A stretch of 64,000 bases of DNA from an uncultured Gemmatimonadaceae bacterium (GTDB lineage Bacteria; Gemmatimonadota; Gemmatimonadetes; Gemmatimonadales; Gemmatimonadaceae): the NCBI GenBank assembly GCA_963817955.1, contig CAWFQK010000001.1:448001-512000 (forward strand). Reading direction: 5' to 3'. Shown one piece after another: positions 9,260 to 19,853 of the stretch. The notes beneath the pieces are model-generated. The model searched no databases. It was not told the DNA's origin and was given only the letters and a program-made list of their open reading frames with translations. Every line of letters starts with the position of its first letter. Positions within the stretch are counted from its first letter, which is position 1. Position numbers and translations under genes: made by a program.

Positions 9260-10297
9260 TCAGCACCCGCTCTCGGCAATAATTTCACGCCTAGCTGTAC
9301 GGTACGCCGCATCGGGCGGAGCATCCCCTTTCGGCCAATCCAGCTCCTTCCCGACAAAATCAGGCCGTGGCTTCGACACGATAAAAGCCGCCACGTCGAA
9401 CGCCTCGCCGGGGGCGAGCGTGCCCGGCCGGTTGAATGGCATGCTGGCCTGGATGAACGCTGCTGCCGTGCGCACTCGCGCCATGCCTGCGCCAATATTG
9501 AACGATTGCCCTCCCCAGAGCGGCGTCGCGATCGTCGTTCCCTCGCCATTCGCGCCATGGCAGGCCGCACAATTGAGCGCAAATACCGCTCGGCCACGCG
9601 CGGTATCCGGCGGGGTTGCTGGGGCATTTACCTTCAGCGCCTGGGTGCCGTCGTTGCGGACCAGCGGCGAGGGGCGTGAGAGGTAGGCCATGTACGCGAC
9701 CAGGTCGCGCATCTCGCGGCTGGTATCCGGGAGCGCGCGACCGTTCATGCTGCGACGAAGGCAGCCGTTCACACGATCCGCCATCGTCAGAATCTTGCCC
9801 TCACGCGGGCGATACTGCGGAAAGCGCGCGTAGACCCCCAGCCAGGGGATGGCGCCCGTCCGCGTGCCGCCGTCGAGATGACAACTGGAGCAGCGGAGCG
9901 TATTGCCCGTGTAGCCGGGCAAGCTATCGCGCGTTGCGTCGGCAATGGCACGACCCCGAAGAACGGCCGCGCGAACCTGGGGAGCCAGCTCGACGTTACC
10001 GGGAATGGAGAAGGCCGCAGGCGGCTCCACGATCGAGCGCTCCGTCGCGGTAAGCGACTGGTGCTGCACGTAGCGCGTGACGGCGAGCACACTGGCGAGC
10101 GCGGCACCAGCGCCGACCGTCGCCACAATGCGCGGCTTCGCTCGGCGGCCGATACGCTGGCTGATGGCCTGCATGGGCCGAGCGATCATTGGCCCGATCA
10201 GGAAGAGAAGCAGGATCGTGAGCCACGCCAGACCCGCGGCGCAGAGCACGAGGCCGAGCCCAATTGCCAGAATGCCAAGCGGTCCGTGAGTTTCCAT
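9260..10297 (-). CDS. Membrane-anchored diheme cytochrome c, TsdA (thiosulfate dehydrogenase)-like, copy 1
   Basis: CSSCH and CAACH heme motifs, NGCLRRSMNG, PLWGGQSFNIGAGMAR, SMP; hydrophobic N-terminus. Confidence 0.8.
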   Translation of the reverse strand: METHGPLGILAIGLGLVLCAAGLAWLTILLLFLIGPMIARPMQAISQRIGRRAKPRIVATVGAGAALASVLAVTRYVQHQSLTATERSIVEPPAAFSIPGNVELAPQVRAAVLRGRAIADATRDSLPGYTGNTLRCSSCHLDGGTRTGAIPWLGVYARFPQYRPREGKILTMADRVNGCLRRSMNGRALPDTSREMRDLVAYMAYLSRPSPLVRNDGTQALKVNAPATPPDTARGRAVFALNCAACHGANGEGTTIATPLWGGQSFNIGAGMARVRTAAAFIQASMPFNRPGTLAPGEAFDVAAFIVSKPRPDFVGKELDWPKGDAPPDAAYRTARREIIAESGC

Positions 10298-10430
10298 GCG
10301 GTTCTCGTGTCAACGATAATCGTTTTCCGGGATTCATGTAAACCCATTATGGGTATACCTACTATTGCCTGCTCTGCGCAAAAAGAGTGGGGGGCTCCGC
10401 GCGTCGATTCTTGAGAGCTGTGGCGACAAC

Positions 10431-10458
10431 GTGTACATTGGTACGTACACATGTACAC
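10431..10458. promoter_or_regulatory. Operator-like inverted repeat upstream of the TA pair
   Basis: GTGTACAT-N12-ATGTACAC. Confidence 0.6.
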
Positions 10459-10467
10459 GAGGTCTGT

Positions 10468-10848
10468 ATGCCGTCCGCAAATCACTCGCCCGTTGCCGTC
10501 GCGCTCGCGCTACTCGAGGAGCATCAGGAGCGCACCGTCACGGTGAAAGCGACCCAGGCTCGGCATGACTTCTTCCCGCTCCTTGAGTCCGTCGTCGCCG
10601 ACCCGTCCGAGGTGGTGGAGGTCGAGCACAAGGGCCTCCAAGGCCGTGCGTTACTTGTGAATGCGCGGTTCCGTGACTACGTGCGCCAGCTCGAGGAGAC
10701 GGTACGTGCGCTGCTGGGTCCGGCGTCGGGCGGGCCGACGTTCCGACTCGCGGGTTCGCTGTCAGTGGGGGGGGACGTCGAGGAGGGGATCGAGGCACTC
10801 CGCAGCCGGGAGCGCCAAGCCGCCGCCGAGCGCTTCGCTGATCTGTGA
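10468..10848 (+). CDS. Phd/YefM-like antitoxin
   Basis: VKATQARHDFFPLLESV Phd-like motif; GTGA overlap with the PIN toxin gene. Confidence 0.7.
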   Translation: MPSANHSPVAVALALLEEHQERTVTVKATQARHDFFPLLESVVADPSEVVEVEHKGLQGRALLVNARFRDYVRQLEETVRALLGPASGGPTFRLAGSLSVGGDVEEGIEALRSRERQAAAERFADL

Positions 10849-11297
10849 CGCGGCCCGAACGTGAAACGCTAGGCGCCGGGAGCAGCGAGCGGAGCGTGCT
10901 GGCAGTCACCGATACGCACAGCCTCCTCTGGCATGCGACGCAGCGCGTTCAGAAACTCGGGCTGCGGGCCCGCGAGCACTTCGAGCGGACCGACCGGCGC
11001 GAAGCGGCCGTCTACGTGCCGACGTTTGTCCTGGCCGAGGTGGGCGAGTTGGTCCACCTCGGCCGCGTACAGCTCCCGCGCCCATTTGAGGAGTGGCTCG
11101 ACGACCTGCTCGGGAGCAAGGTCTACATCCCGGCCGACCTCACCGCGGACGTGGTGCGTAGCGCACACAGTCTCTTTGCCATTCCCGAGCGTGGAGATCG
11201 ACTGATCGCCGCCACGGCGGTGGCGCTCGATGTGCCGCTCATCACCCGCGACGGCGAGATCGCGGCGTGCGCCCAGGTGGGGCGACTCTGGGACTGA
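10845..11297 (+). CDS. vapC: PIN-domain VapC toxin
   Basis: VTDTHSLLW, VLAEV, DRLIAATA, PLITRD. Confidence 0.85.
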   Translation: MTRPERETLGAGSSERSVLAVTDTHSLLWHATQRVQKLGLRAREHFERTDRREAAVYVPTFVLAEVGELVHLGRVQLPRPFEEWLDDLLGSKVYIPADLTADVVRSAHSLFAIPERGDRLIAATAVALDVPLITRDGEIAACAQVGRLWD

Positions 11298-11319
11298 CAA
11301 GGTGCTGGAAAACCTTCGC

Positions 11320-11481
11320 TCGGTGTCGCGGCTAAACCCCGCGGCGCCGTAGAGGATGCACGCCTGCCCGCCCATGAGCAGGTAGCGAACGCCATGTTCG
11401 CGCATGGAAGAAAGGACTATGCGAGCCGTGCCTACAGCACCGTTCTCCAGCGCACTCGACCTGACTGTTCGAGCCATCCCG
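11320..11481 (-). pseudogene. Internally deleted scar of the nucleotidyltransferase cassette at 25879-26914
   Basis: Matches 26570-26675 joined to 26839-26900 at a TGCGAG microhomology. Confidence 0.85.
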
Positions 11482-11546
11482 GTGGACCCAGTCTCAGCGG
11501 TTCGCGCCGTTACCGCCGCCAGCACTGAACCTCGGACAAAGCAGTA

Positions 11547-12983
11547 CTAGTCAATCAGATCTGCGCTGGCGAACCCGAGGACGTCACCGGATGCGATTGC
11601 GGCTGCCACGCCATGCGACCATGCATCGTCGCCGGAGAAGACGGCGAAGTGCACGCGATGCACTGGTTGACCGGCCGGCAGATCGGTGAGGAGCAGTTTT
11701 GCGCGAGCGCGAAGGGTGTCGAGGTCGGGATCATCGACCCTACCCCATTTGCATTCGCCGACGAGGATGTCTCCGTCCAGTCCGACGGCGACGATGTCGA
11801 TTTCGTTCCGTGAGTCCGCGTCCCACCAGGCCCCGACCCTGCTGGGCTTGAATGGGAGTTTGGTGGTGCGGCCTACCCAAGCGCGGCAGATGTCCTCGAA
11901 GGGGGCACCCATGTAGTCGTCGAGCCGCGGTGCAATGCGCTGCTGCCACAGTTGCTCTGGCGCAACGAGGCTGATCTCGCCGGTGGCGATGAGGGGGGCA
12001 ACGAACCGGTGCCAGAAGGCAACGTACGGATCGTTAATTCGATACAGCGTCCGTTTGGAGTGCTGCGGGCTCGTCTCTGTGATGGGGACCATGCGGGCCA
12101 CGACCTGCATCTCTTCGAGCCAACGCATTGGACGAGAGAGGGAACCGCTGCCCTTCCCCAGCCTGCTCGTGATCTTGCTCCACGTGCGCTCTCCGTTCGC
12201 GATGGCCTGGATGATCGAATAATGGATGTCCGCGTCCCCCCCCCCGCGAAAGGCGTCAAGCATGTGCTGCGCCTCGTCGAACAGGCGTCCGGCCGGGGTT
12301 AGCATCTGTCGCATCACGTTCGCTGCGAGCGCCCGCTCGGGGTCGAGGAGGGCGAGGTGCCCCGGCAAGCCGCCGAAGATGCTGAAGATGATGAGGCGTT
12401 CCCGAGCGGTGTACCCCGGGACGAAGGCGCCGACGTATTCGTGGGTGAATGGCGGGAAGATGAGTCGTCCGGTTCGGCGACCGTAGAGCGGCTGATCCGC
12501 CTGCTCCAAACGCTGCATTGCCGAGATGTGCGACCCGTTGAGGACGAGCTTGAGACGGGTCTCGGGCCAGTGGTGGTCCCACACCGATTGAATGATCGAG
12601 GGTAGTGCTGGCGCGGCCGCCGCCAGATATGGGAACTCGTCGAGGATGAGGAGGAGCGGGACACCGGCAGCTCGGTCTGTGAGGTATTGGAAGAGGCTCT
12701 CCCAATCCGGGAGCGCCACCCCACGAAGTAGCGCCGCATCCTCAAAATGGCTCCCAATAATACGGCTGAGCGCCGCAAGTTGCTCAGTCTCCGTGCGGTT
12801 GGTGGCCTGGTAATAGATTCCGCCCACGGACTTCGCGAATCGAGTCAGGACCCAGCTCTTGCCTGCGCGCCGACGTCCAACGCCAAAGATGAGATCGGGG
12901 GAAGATCGGTTCCAGATCTCGTTGAGTTCCTGCCACTGGGCATCTCGGTCGATGATGTCGGCAGGCTTTATTGGTCGAGGCAT
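11547..12983 (-). CDS. Archaeal-type ATPase with C-terminal DUF234/PD-(D/E)xK nuclease-like domain (family C), copy 1
   Basis: GRRRAGKS, ILDEFPYL, LYGRRT, FGGLP, EIDIVAV..GECKW. Confidence 0.9.
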   Translation of the reverse strand: MPRPIKPADIIDRDAQWQELNEIWNRSSPDLIFGVGRRRAGKSWVLTRFAKSVGGIYYQATNRTETEQLAALSRIIGSHFEDAALLRGVALPDWESLFQYLTDRAAGVPLLLILDEFPYLAAAAPALPSIIQSVWDHHWPETRLKLVLNGSHISAMQRLEQADQPLYGRRTGRLIFPPFTHEYVGAFVPGYTARERLIIFSIFGGLPGHLALLDPERALAANVMRQMLTPAGRLFDEAQHMLDAFRGGGDADIHYSIIQAIANGERTWSKITSRLGKGSGSLSRPMRWLEEMQVVARMVPITETSPQHSKRTLYRINDPYVAFWHRFVAPLIATGEISLVAPEQLWQQRIAPRLDDYMGAPFEDICRAWVGRTTKLPFKPSRVGAWWDADSRNEIDIVAVGLDGDILVGECKWGRVDDPDLDTLRARAKLLLTDLPAGQPVHRVHFAVFSGDDAWSHGVAAAIASGDVLGFASADLID

Positions 12984-13010
12984 GGTCGCATCCGATGCGT
13001 CGTCGCAATT

Positions 13011-13041
13011 GTTGTAGCGCTACAACTTGTATGGCTACAAC
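13011..13041. promoter_or_regulatory. Palindromic operator(s)
   Basis: Perfect palindrome GTTGTAGCGCTACAAC plus an adjacent imperfect copy; a variant occurs at ~30147-30177. Confidence 0.6.
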
Positions 13042-13138
13042 ATAGATGCTGCTCCGGCGCGAGGCAATATGATCCTTGGACGCTCCAGTTGGCCTCGGCC
13101 AGCGGGTGCGGATTGCGACGGTGGTGACGGTCGAGATG

Positions 13139-13678
13139 TCAGCGAGGCGAACTGGGGACGCCGCGGGGCGCGGTAAGTTCGATCACCCGTTGAACTGTGC
13201 CCATCGGCATGAACATGGGGCGATTGGTCGCTTCCGCGCCGAGCGACGTAAACCCCATCTTCTCGTAAAACGCGGTGCTCTTGGCATCGCGGGAGTGAAG
13301 GAAGATCCCGGTCGATCCGACGACTTCTGCCGCAGCAGCGCTCCGCCTCATGGCGTCGACCATCAGCTCCGTTCCGATCCCCTTTCCCTGCTGGCCTCTG
13401 GTGACGGCGAACATGCCAATGTAAGTCACGGACAACGGATACTTCGGGAGCTTGCCGCCGAGCACCGGTTGCAACGTCTCCGGCGTCGCATTGCTGGCGG
13501 ACAGCGTGTAGAACCCGAGGACTTGGTCAGCAGCCTGCGAGTCGAGAATCACGTACGCGCGCCCAATCTCGGCACGGTCGTTCCCGTAGGCGCGCTTCGA
13601 CAGGAATGCGTCAAGGGTGGGCTCTCCACAGGAGAACCCACCCTTGCCGTCCCCCTCCGCGATGCCGCGAATGATCAT
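13139..13678 (-). CDS. GNAT acetyltransferase toxin (TacT/AtaT-like)
   Basis: FSCGEPTLDAFL, VLGFYTLS, QGKGIGTELM, FYEKMGF. Confidence 0.9.
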   Translation of the reverse strand: MIIRGIAEGDGKGGFSCGEPTLDAFLSKRAYGNDRAEIGRAYVILDSQAADQVLGFYTLSASNATPETLQPVLGGKLPKYPLSVTYIGMFAVTRGQQGKGIGTELMVDAMRRSAAAAEVVGSTGIFLHSRDAKSTAFYEKMGFTSLGAEATNRPMFMPMGTVQRVIELTAPRGVPSSPR

Positions 13679-14031
13679 CGCGCCGTGACCAGACTCGGTC
13701 GAGCGAAAAGCTCACACAGAGCGGCGGTCGGCTCTGGCGGGTTCTCGATGAGTTCCATCATGCGGCTGTACGCTGCATCGGTGACGCGGAGACGGTCGGT
13801 CGAGCGAGCGCGTTCGAGGACCGGCATGTCGAGCTCTCGCACGGCTCCCTCCTCGGTCACGCTGGCGATATGGCGTCCTTGGCGGATCTGGCCGACACAC
13901 CAGTCCATCAACTGCAGCGCGTTGCGGATCAGGTCGGCATTGCCGGTCCTGAGGACAGCCTGCAGTCGTTCGACCTGCTCAACGTCCGCCGGATCGTTGA
14001 GGGTTGCTTCAAGCCGGAGTGCGGTCGCCAA
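13675..14031 (-). CDS. Antitoxin with DUF1778/TacA-like C-terminus
   Basis: IENPPEPTAAL..LF tail; ATGA overlap with the GNAT gene; TTG start inferred. Confidence 0.7.
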   Translation of the reverse strand: MATALRLEATLNDPADVEQVERLQAVLRTGNADLIRNALQLMDWCVGQIRQGRHIASVTEEGAVRELDMPVLERARSTDRLRVTDAAYSRMMELIENPPEPTAALCELFARPSLVTAR

Positions 14032-14254
14032 GGCGGCTTCCTGAGAGATGATACTCAAATAGTACCGGTATTTCCCCGGAAAATCAACGGGTGGATTACC
14101 GCCAAGAGCCCGGTATTCCACCGTGAAATGACTTTGATAAGGCGCCGCGGAACTGCGGGACCGCGCTCAACCGGGCGTAAGTGCGCTCACGTTACGCTGG
14201 ATTCGTTCGAGTTCGCCTGATAGTGCATCTGGTTGCCGGGCGAAACGACATATG

Positions 14255-14302
14255 GTATAGTATATGAAACCGTACTAGCACAGACAGTATCATATACTAT
14301 AC
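14255..14302. promoter_or_regulatory. 13-bp perfect inverted repeat operator upstream of hipBA
   Basis: GTATAGTATATGA-N22-TCATATACTATAC. Confidence 0.7.
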
Positions 14303-14308
14303 GACACA

Positions 14309-14641
14309 ATGAAAGCAGCCACGCACGACCGTCTTCCTCTCGCTGTCCGCCGTTCGCTCACGAAGTTGGGGCGTGACGTGGCGACCGCCCGGAAGAAACG
14401 CCGGTTGACGATGGCCATGATGGCCGAGCGGGTCGGGATCACCAAGGTCACGTACATCCGTGTCGAACGGGGAGACCCGACCGTGGGCATGGGGATCTAT
14501 GCCATGGTCCTTTTCGTCCTGGGACTGGGGGCACCGTTCGCCGATCTAGCCGATCCTGGTTCGGATGACCAGGCGCTCCTGCTTGAAGCCGAGCGCTTGC
14601 CGACCCGAGTGCGCACCAAGCAGGAGCCGACTGCACAATGA
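14309..14641 (+). CDS. XRE HTH antitoxin (HipB-like)
   Basis: ARKKRRLTMAMMAERVGITKVTYIRVERGDPTV. Confidence 0.85.
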   Translation: MKAATHDRLPLAVRRSLTKLGRDVATARKKRRLTMAMMAERVGITKVTYIRVERGDPTVGMGIYAMVLFVLGLGAPFADLADPGSDDQALLLEAERLPTRVRTKQEPTAQ

Positions 14642-15942
14642 AGCGCACGATCAACGTATACCTCGGTGAAGCGCCCAAGCACATCGGCGTCCTCCGGTAC
14701 AACCAGGAGGGCGCGCGCGAGAGCGCGAGCTTTGAGTATGAAACGGCGTGGCTCATCGACCCACAGCGCTTCGCGATTGATCCGTTGCTCCCACTGCAAG
14801 CGGGCGCGCAGTATCGCAAGCGGTCGGAGGGAGGCTCGATCTTTCACTCCGCGATTGCGGACACGGAGCCCGACGGGTGGGGGAAGACGGTCATCCGGCG
14901 TGACCATGCGAAGCGTCGCGCTGCCGCCAAGGCGGCTGGTCAGCCGCTTCCCCCGATTGAAGGCGCACTCGACTTCCTGCTCGGAGTAGACGACCCGAGC
15001 CGCATTGGCGCGCTCCGCTTTCAAGATGAGTGGGGAGTGTTCCAGCGCGCGATAGCACCTGGGCAGCGGTCGGTCCCACCACAAGTTGAATTGCAGCATC
15101 TCATTGCCGCCACCAGCGCGGTCGAGCTCCACCAGGAGACGGCGGAAGACTTGGCCTATCTCCGCGGTCGTGGCACATCACTGGGCGGACTCCGACCCAA
15201 GGCGACGATCGTCGATCACGCGGGGCGACTGGCCATCGGCAAGTTCCCGAGTGTGCGCGACGAGCGGGCCGTGACCAAAGGCGAGGTGCTGGCCTTACAT
15301 CTGGCGACCCAAGCGGGGGTGGACGCGGCGCATGCGAGCTTGGTCATGAGCGAGGACGTACCGGTGGCCGTCGTGCGACGCTTTGATCGGGACGAGCATG
15401 GCAACCGTTTTATGTATGTGTCGGCAGCAACACTGCTTGGCGTCGAAGCCCAAGGCGCCGACCAATACACCTATACGGACATTGTGGACACCATCCGGCA
15501 GCATGGAGCGAAGGCGCAGCATGACATCGACGAACTATGGCGCCGCATAGCGTTCTCCATCCTCATCAACAACGGGGACGATCATCTGCACAATCACGGC
15601 TTCCTGCACGCGGAGTCGGGCAAGTGGCGTTTGTCGCCGGCGTTCGACGTAAACCCGTTTCCGGACAGGGCCCGCGAGCTGAAGACGTGGATTACGGCGG
15701 ACACAGGTCCGGCTGCGACGATTGACGCCCTTCTCTCGGCGACGAAGTACTTCGCGATTCAGCCGTCGCGCGCCCAGGACATCCTGAAGGCGGTCGAGAG
15801 GGCTGTGTCGCAATGGCAAAGCGTTGGCCGAGCACTGGGGATGTCAGAGATCGACCTCGCGCAGTTCGCCGATGCGTTTGAGCACCCGCAACGTGAGGCC
15901 GCCCGTAAGGCGTTTGCGATGCGCCCTGCTCGCAGCATCTAA
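14638..15942 (+). CDS. hipA: HipA-family kinase toxin
   Basis: GTSLGGLRPKA, RRFDR, NGDDHLHNHGF, LSPAFDVNP. Confidence 0.9.
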   Translation: MKRTINVYLGEAPKHIGVLRYNQEGARESASFEYETAWLIDPQRFAIDPLLPLQAGAQYRKRSEGGSIFHSAIADTEPDGWGKTVIRRDHAKRRAAAKAAGQPLPPIEGALDFLLGVDDPSRIGALRFQDEWGVFQRAIAPGQRSVPPQVELQHLIAATSAVELHQETAEDLAYLRGRGTSLGGLRPKATIVDHAGRLAIGKFPSVRDERAVTKGEVLALHLATQAGVDAAHASLVMSEDVPVAVVRRFDRDEHGNRFMYVSAATLLGVEAQGADQYTYTDIVDTIRQHGAKAQHDIDELWRRIAFSILINNGDDHLHNHGFLHAESGKWRLSPAFDVNPFPDRARELKTWITADTGPAATIDALLSATKYFAIQPSRAQDILKAVERAVSQWQSVGRALGMSEIDLAQFADAFEHPQREAARKAFAMRPARSI

Positions 15943-16023
15943 CCCGACAGCTTCTGCGAGGATCGAGGGGCAGGTGGGCGGCGATCCCTCAGTCGCGCAC
16001 CTGTGGTAACACGCCTGAGAACA

Positions 16024-17124
16024 TCACGCAGTGATTGCGTAGCTCGTACTGCGACCGCCTGCGGGACCTTTGCTGAGGATGTTCATTTCTACCAGGGCGA
16101 CGATATCTCGGATGGCCGTGTCCTGAGAGCACTTTCCGATTCTGGCCCACTTCGATGAGGTGAGCTTACCCTCAAAACCATCGAGCAGCAGGTTGAGCAC
16201 CTTGATCTGGCGCCCATTGAGTTGGGCGGCAGCGTGCCGCTGCCAGAAGTGAGCCTTGGAGAGCACGGCAGAAAGGGTGGCCTCGGCGCCTTCGATCGCG
16301 CGGTGCAAGCATCCGAGAAACCACTCCATCCAGCGCGTCACGTCGACGGTGTCTTTTTGAGTCCGCTCGAGGGCGGTGTAATAGGCGCGTCGTTCGGCCT
16401 GGATCTGGGCCGACATGCTGTAGTAGCGCTGGGGGCAGTTCTCCGAGCGCGCCAGGGCGAGGTCGGCGATCGCGCGGGCAATGCGACCGTTGCCATCGTC
16501 AAACGGGTGGATCGTGACGAACCACAGGTGTGCGAGTGCGGCCTTCAGGACGGGGTCGATCGCCGGCGACGCGTTGAACCAATCGAGGAAGCGCCCCATT
16601 TCGGCGTCGAGGCCCTCTGCTGGTGGAGCTGAATAGTGGACCCGCTCGTGACCGATGGGTCCGGAGACGACCTGCATTGGCCCTCCGGAGTCATCACGCC
16701 ACGCCCCAACACGGATTTTGCTCATGCCGGTGCGGCCGGTTGGGAAGAGTGCGGCGTGCCACCCAAAGAGCCTGTCCTCCGTCAGCGGATCCGCGAAGTT
16801 ACGAGTGGCGTCGAGCATCATTTCCACGACGCCTTCGACGTGACGATCAGCCGGGGTGAGCGCGCCAACATCAATCCCAAGGCGGCGGGCGAGGGATGAT
16901 CGCACCTGAGCGGCGTCCAGCTTCTCGCCCTCGATTTCGCTCGTTTTCAGAACATCCTGCGTAAGAGTTCGGAGGAAGGCCTCCTCACGCAACGCGAACC
17001 CGAGCGACTCCATGCGGCCGAGTAGCCGCCCCTGCTCGTGGCGCAAGTCGGCCAAGGGTTGAGCCAATCGCAGCTCGTCCCAGCGAAGCTTCGGCCACTC
17101 CGGCTGTTCCCATATGTAGCGCAT
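16024..17124 (-). CDS. Fic-family protein (DUF4172-type N-terminus, C-terminal HTH), copy 1
   Basis: YIWEQPEWP, TSEIEGE, HPFDDGNGRIAR, SQDTAIRDI. Confidence 0.92.
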   Translation of the reverse strand: MRYIWEQPEWPKLRWDELRLAQPLADLRHEQGRLLGRMESLGFALREEAFLRTLTQDVLKTSEIEGEKLDAAQVRSSLARRLGIDVGALTPADRHVEGVVEMMLDATRNFADPLTEDRLFGWHAALFPTGRTGMSKIRVGAWRDDSGGPMQVVSGPIGHERVHYSAPPAEGLDAEMGRFLDWFNASPAIDPVLKAALAHLWFVTIHPFDDGNGRIARAIADLALARSENCPQRYYSMSAQIQAERRAYYTALERTQKDTVDVTRWMEWFLGCLHRAIEGAEATLSAVLSKAHFWQRHAAAQLNGRQIKVLNLLLDGFEGKLTSSKWARIGKCSQDTAIRDIVALVEMNILSKGPAGGRSTSYAITA

Positions 17125-17272
17125 AATCTCCGTACCTCCTGAGGAGATTATAGTCGCCAATCACCGCACGTCCAAGTCAATCGCCGCACTCTATGCGGAT
17201 ATTAGCGTGCTCAATCTCCGCATCACCCGCTGTCCCGATCGCGAGATTCCGCGCGCCGCTGCAGAGCCAGTC

Positions 17273-17668
17273 TCAACGGCGAGAAGCGTGCTGTCGCTGC
17301 TCAGCCAGTCGATCCAGGATGCTGCCTTGGTAACTGTTCCAGATGGCCTTGCGGTCGCCGATCAAGAGCACCCACACCTCATGAGCTGAGTTCTCGATAT
17401 GGTAGGCAACGCGCAGATGACCTATGCTGAGCTTGTATAGCCCATGCAGGGGCGCATGCAGCGGGGCGCCATACTCGAGCGGGGCACTGGGAAGCTTCTT
17501 GAGTATCGCCTGCTTGGCCCGCTCGAAGGCTGCGTGCCCGATCTCCGGCAAATCCTCGGAGAGGATGCGCGGTGAGAACCGGAGGCGCCAATACGAACCC
17601 TGGTCGCTCTGCCCGAGCGCTGCCTTGCCCGAAGAAGGCTCGGCGGGCGACCGACGTGGTTTCTTCAC
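17273..17668 (-). CDS. RelE/ParE-family toxin
   Basis: YGAPLHAPLHGLYKLSIGHLRVAYHI..VWVLLIGDR; start codon uncertain. Confidence 0.8.
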   Translation of the reverse strand: MKKPRRSPAEPSSGKAALGQSDQGSYWRLRFSPRILSEDLPEIGHAAFERAKQAILKKLPSAPLEYGAPLHAPLHGLYKLSIGHLRVAYHIENSAHEVWVLLIGDRKAIWNSYQGSILDRLAEQRQHASRR

Positions 17669-17693
17669 GACGATCCGCGACGCTGATCGGCAG

Positions 17694-17999
17694 CTACTTC
17701 TTCGCGCGCGCCGCCATGGCGGCGTCAGCCTTCGCAAAGAAGTCGTCCGCGTCGAGGAGGGCATCAGCGCCAGCGCGAACGGCGGCGATGCGATCAGTCG
17801 CGATTCCAGCGATTTGGAGATTTTCCAGGGCGTCCTCGAGAATACCCATCATCTCCATGCTGATGATGCCGCCAATGGGCTGACCATCCTTCGTGACGTA
17901 GACGCGATAATGCTCAGCCGCCTTGAAGGCGCCTCGAACATCCTTCTTGACCTCAGTGGTCGAGATCACCGCGGCCCGCGGGGCGTCGATTACCAGCAT
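17694..17999 (-). CDS. Phd/YefM-like antitoxin
   Basis: ISTTEVKK..VYVTKDGQPIGGIIS; directly upstream of the RelE gene. Confidence 0.75.
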   Translation of the reverse strand: MLVIDAPRAAVISTTEVKKDVRGAFKAAEHYRVYVTKDGQPIGGIISMEMMGILEDALENLQIAGIATDRIAAVRAGADALLDADDFFAKADAAMAARAKK

Positions 18000-18217
18000 T
18001 GGAACTCCAACCAAAGGTATGCGAAAAGGTACTCTCTAAAGTACCATATGGTGGCTCCGATGGCAAGTTGTCGCATGACGGGCTTGGCGTGATCAGTGGC
18101 GGACGACTGACAACCCACCACTGACCACTGACGACCCCAGCCCTTGACGCTTTCTTCCCTTTATGTAACCTTCTTCGACAACAGCCACTTCCTTCCCTTT
18201 ACGTAATCTCAAGCGAC

Positions 18218-18475
18218 GTGGAGCTTACCCCGCGAATCATTCAGACCCCCGAAGAGTTCGGCGCGGTGCTCCGCGCCGAACGACGCGCGCGCCACCTGAC
18301 CCAAGCAAAGGCCGCCGCCCTAGCTGGCGTGAGCGAACGCCTGTGGAACGAGACCGAACGTGGGAAGCGTTTGCAGCTCGGCATGGATACCGCCCTCCGG
18401 ATGCTCCAGACCCTCGGGTTCGATCTTGGCCTTGTGGCCCGGGCGCGCCGCGGAACCGCTTCGGGAGCATACTGA
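18218..18475 (+). CDS. XRE HTH antitoxin (HipB-like), copy 1
   Basis: LTQAKAAALAGVSERLWNETERGK; near-identical to 37111-37368. Confidence 0.85.
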   Translation: MELTPRIIQTPEEFGAVLRAERRARHLTQAKAAALAGVSERLWNETERGKRLQLGMDTALRMLQTLGFDLGLVARARRGTASGAY

Positions 18476-18479
18476 GACG

Positions 18480-19821
18480 ATGGTCCGGCGCGCGGCCAAC
18501 CGCTACGACACGTCGTCGCCCAAGCTCGACGTCATGCTCCACGATGTGCCGACCGGCACGGTCGGGGAGTCCAACGCGAGCGTGCGGTTTCTGTACGACG
18601 ACGCGATTGTCCGCTCGGACTTCGGCGATCGGTTGAGCGCGCAGGCGATCTCCGTGCGGATGCCAGTGGCAGCCGCGCCGTACGATCACGCGGCAACCCT
18701 CGTGTTCTTCGACAACCTCCTGCTCGAGTCCGACACTCGGTCCGAACTCGCCCAGCTCGATGGGCGCGACGCCTCCGATGTGGCCGGCCTGCTCGGCCGC
18801 GTGGGGGCCGAGTGCGCCGGCGCCGTGTCCCTCTGGCCTCACGGCGCGCCGCAGTGGGGAGCGCTCCTATCGCGAACTTTCGGTCGCCGAGGTCGAAGCG
18901 CTCTTCGATGAACGTCATGGGGAGCGTTTCTCCCAAGCGCTCCTCGAAAGCCAGCAGGTCATGAGCGGCGCGCAACGGAAGCTCGTGCTTCGTCGCCACG
19001 GCGACACATGGGCGCTCCCGTTGCACGGCGCACCGAGCACCCATCTCATCAAACGCTCGAGTGGACGCTACGACGGCCTCGTGGCCAACGAGCTCGCGTG
19101 CCTGCGGCTCGCGAACACACTGGGACTGACAGTGCCAGAGGCGTGGAGCGCGGGCACCGTGACAACGTGGCCGGACGGCACGACGGAACCGCGGATGATC
19201 GCCATCACCCGGTTCGACCGTGAGGTGCGCCCGGACGCGACAATCACGCGCCTCCATCAAGAAGATCTCTGCCAGATCACTGGTCGGCGGCCCAGCGCCA
19301 AGTACCAAGCGAACGGGGGACCCACCCTCCGGGATCTCGCTACATCGATCCGCCGCTACAGCGTGGCGCCGGACACCGACCTTCAGGCCGCACTCACCAT
19401 GACCGTCGCCAATGTGTGCCTCGGCAACGGCGACGCGCACGGCAAGAACTTCGCTCTGCTCTCCAACGCGAACGGTGAGCGACGGCTGGCCCCGTTCTAC
19501 GACGTCGTTTCCACCGACGTCTACCCGGCGCTCACCCCGACATTCTCGATGACGTTCGGCCATGCGGTGCGCGCCACCGAGTTGAGTGCGCGCGATCTCG
19601 ACCGCGTCGCTCGTGACTTCGGAATTAGCCCGTCGCTCGTCCGCACGACCGTCGAGTCCGTCACCACGACGCTGCCGCGGGAGCTGGACAACGTACTCGA
19701 TGGGGTAGAACGGGAGATCGGCGTGGCGACACCCGTGCTCCAACGCCTCAGCGCCCTCGTGCGCGCGCGCACCGCCCAGATGGAAGGGCTACTCGTGCGC
19801 GACAGCAACAGCCACGGCTGA
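18480..19821 (+). pseudogene. hipA: HipA-family toxin copy 1 with a +1 frameshift near 18852
   Basis: One extra C relative to the intact copy at 37370-38713; MSGAQRK, GNGDAHGKNF, LAPFYD. Confidence 0.85.
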
Positions 19822-19853
19822 GCGAGTTACGGAACAATTACGACCACCCTACG

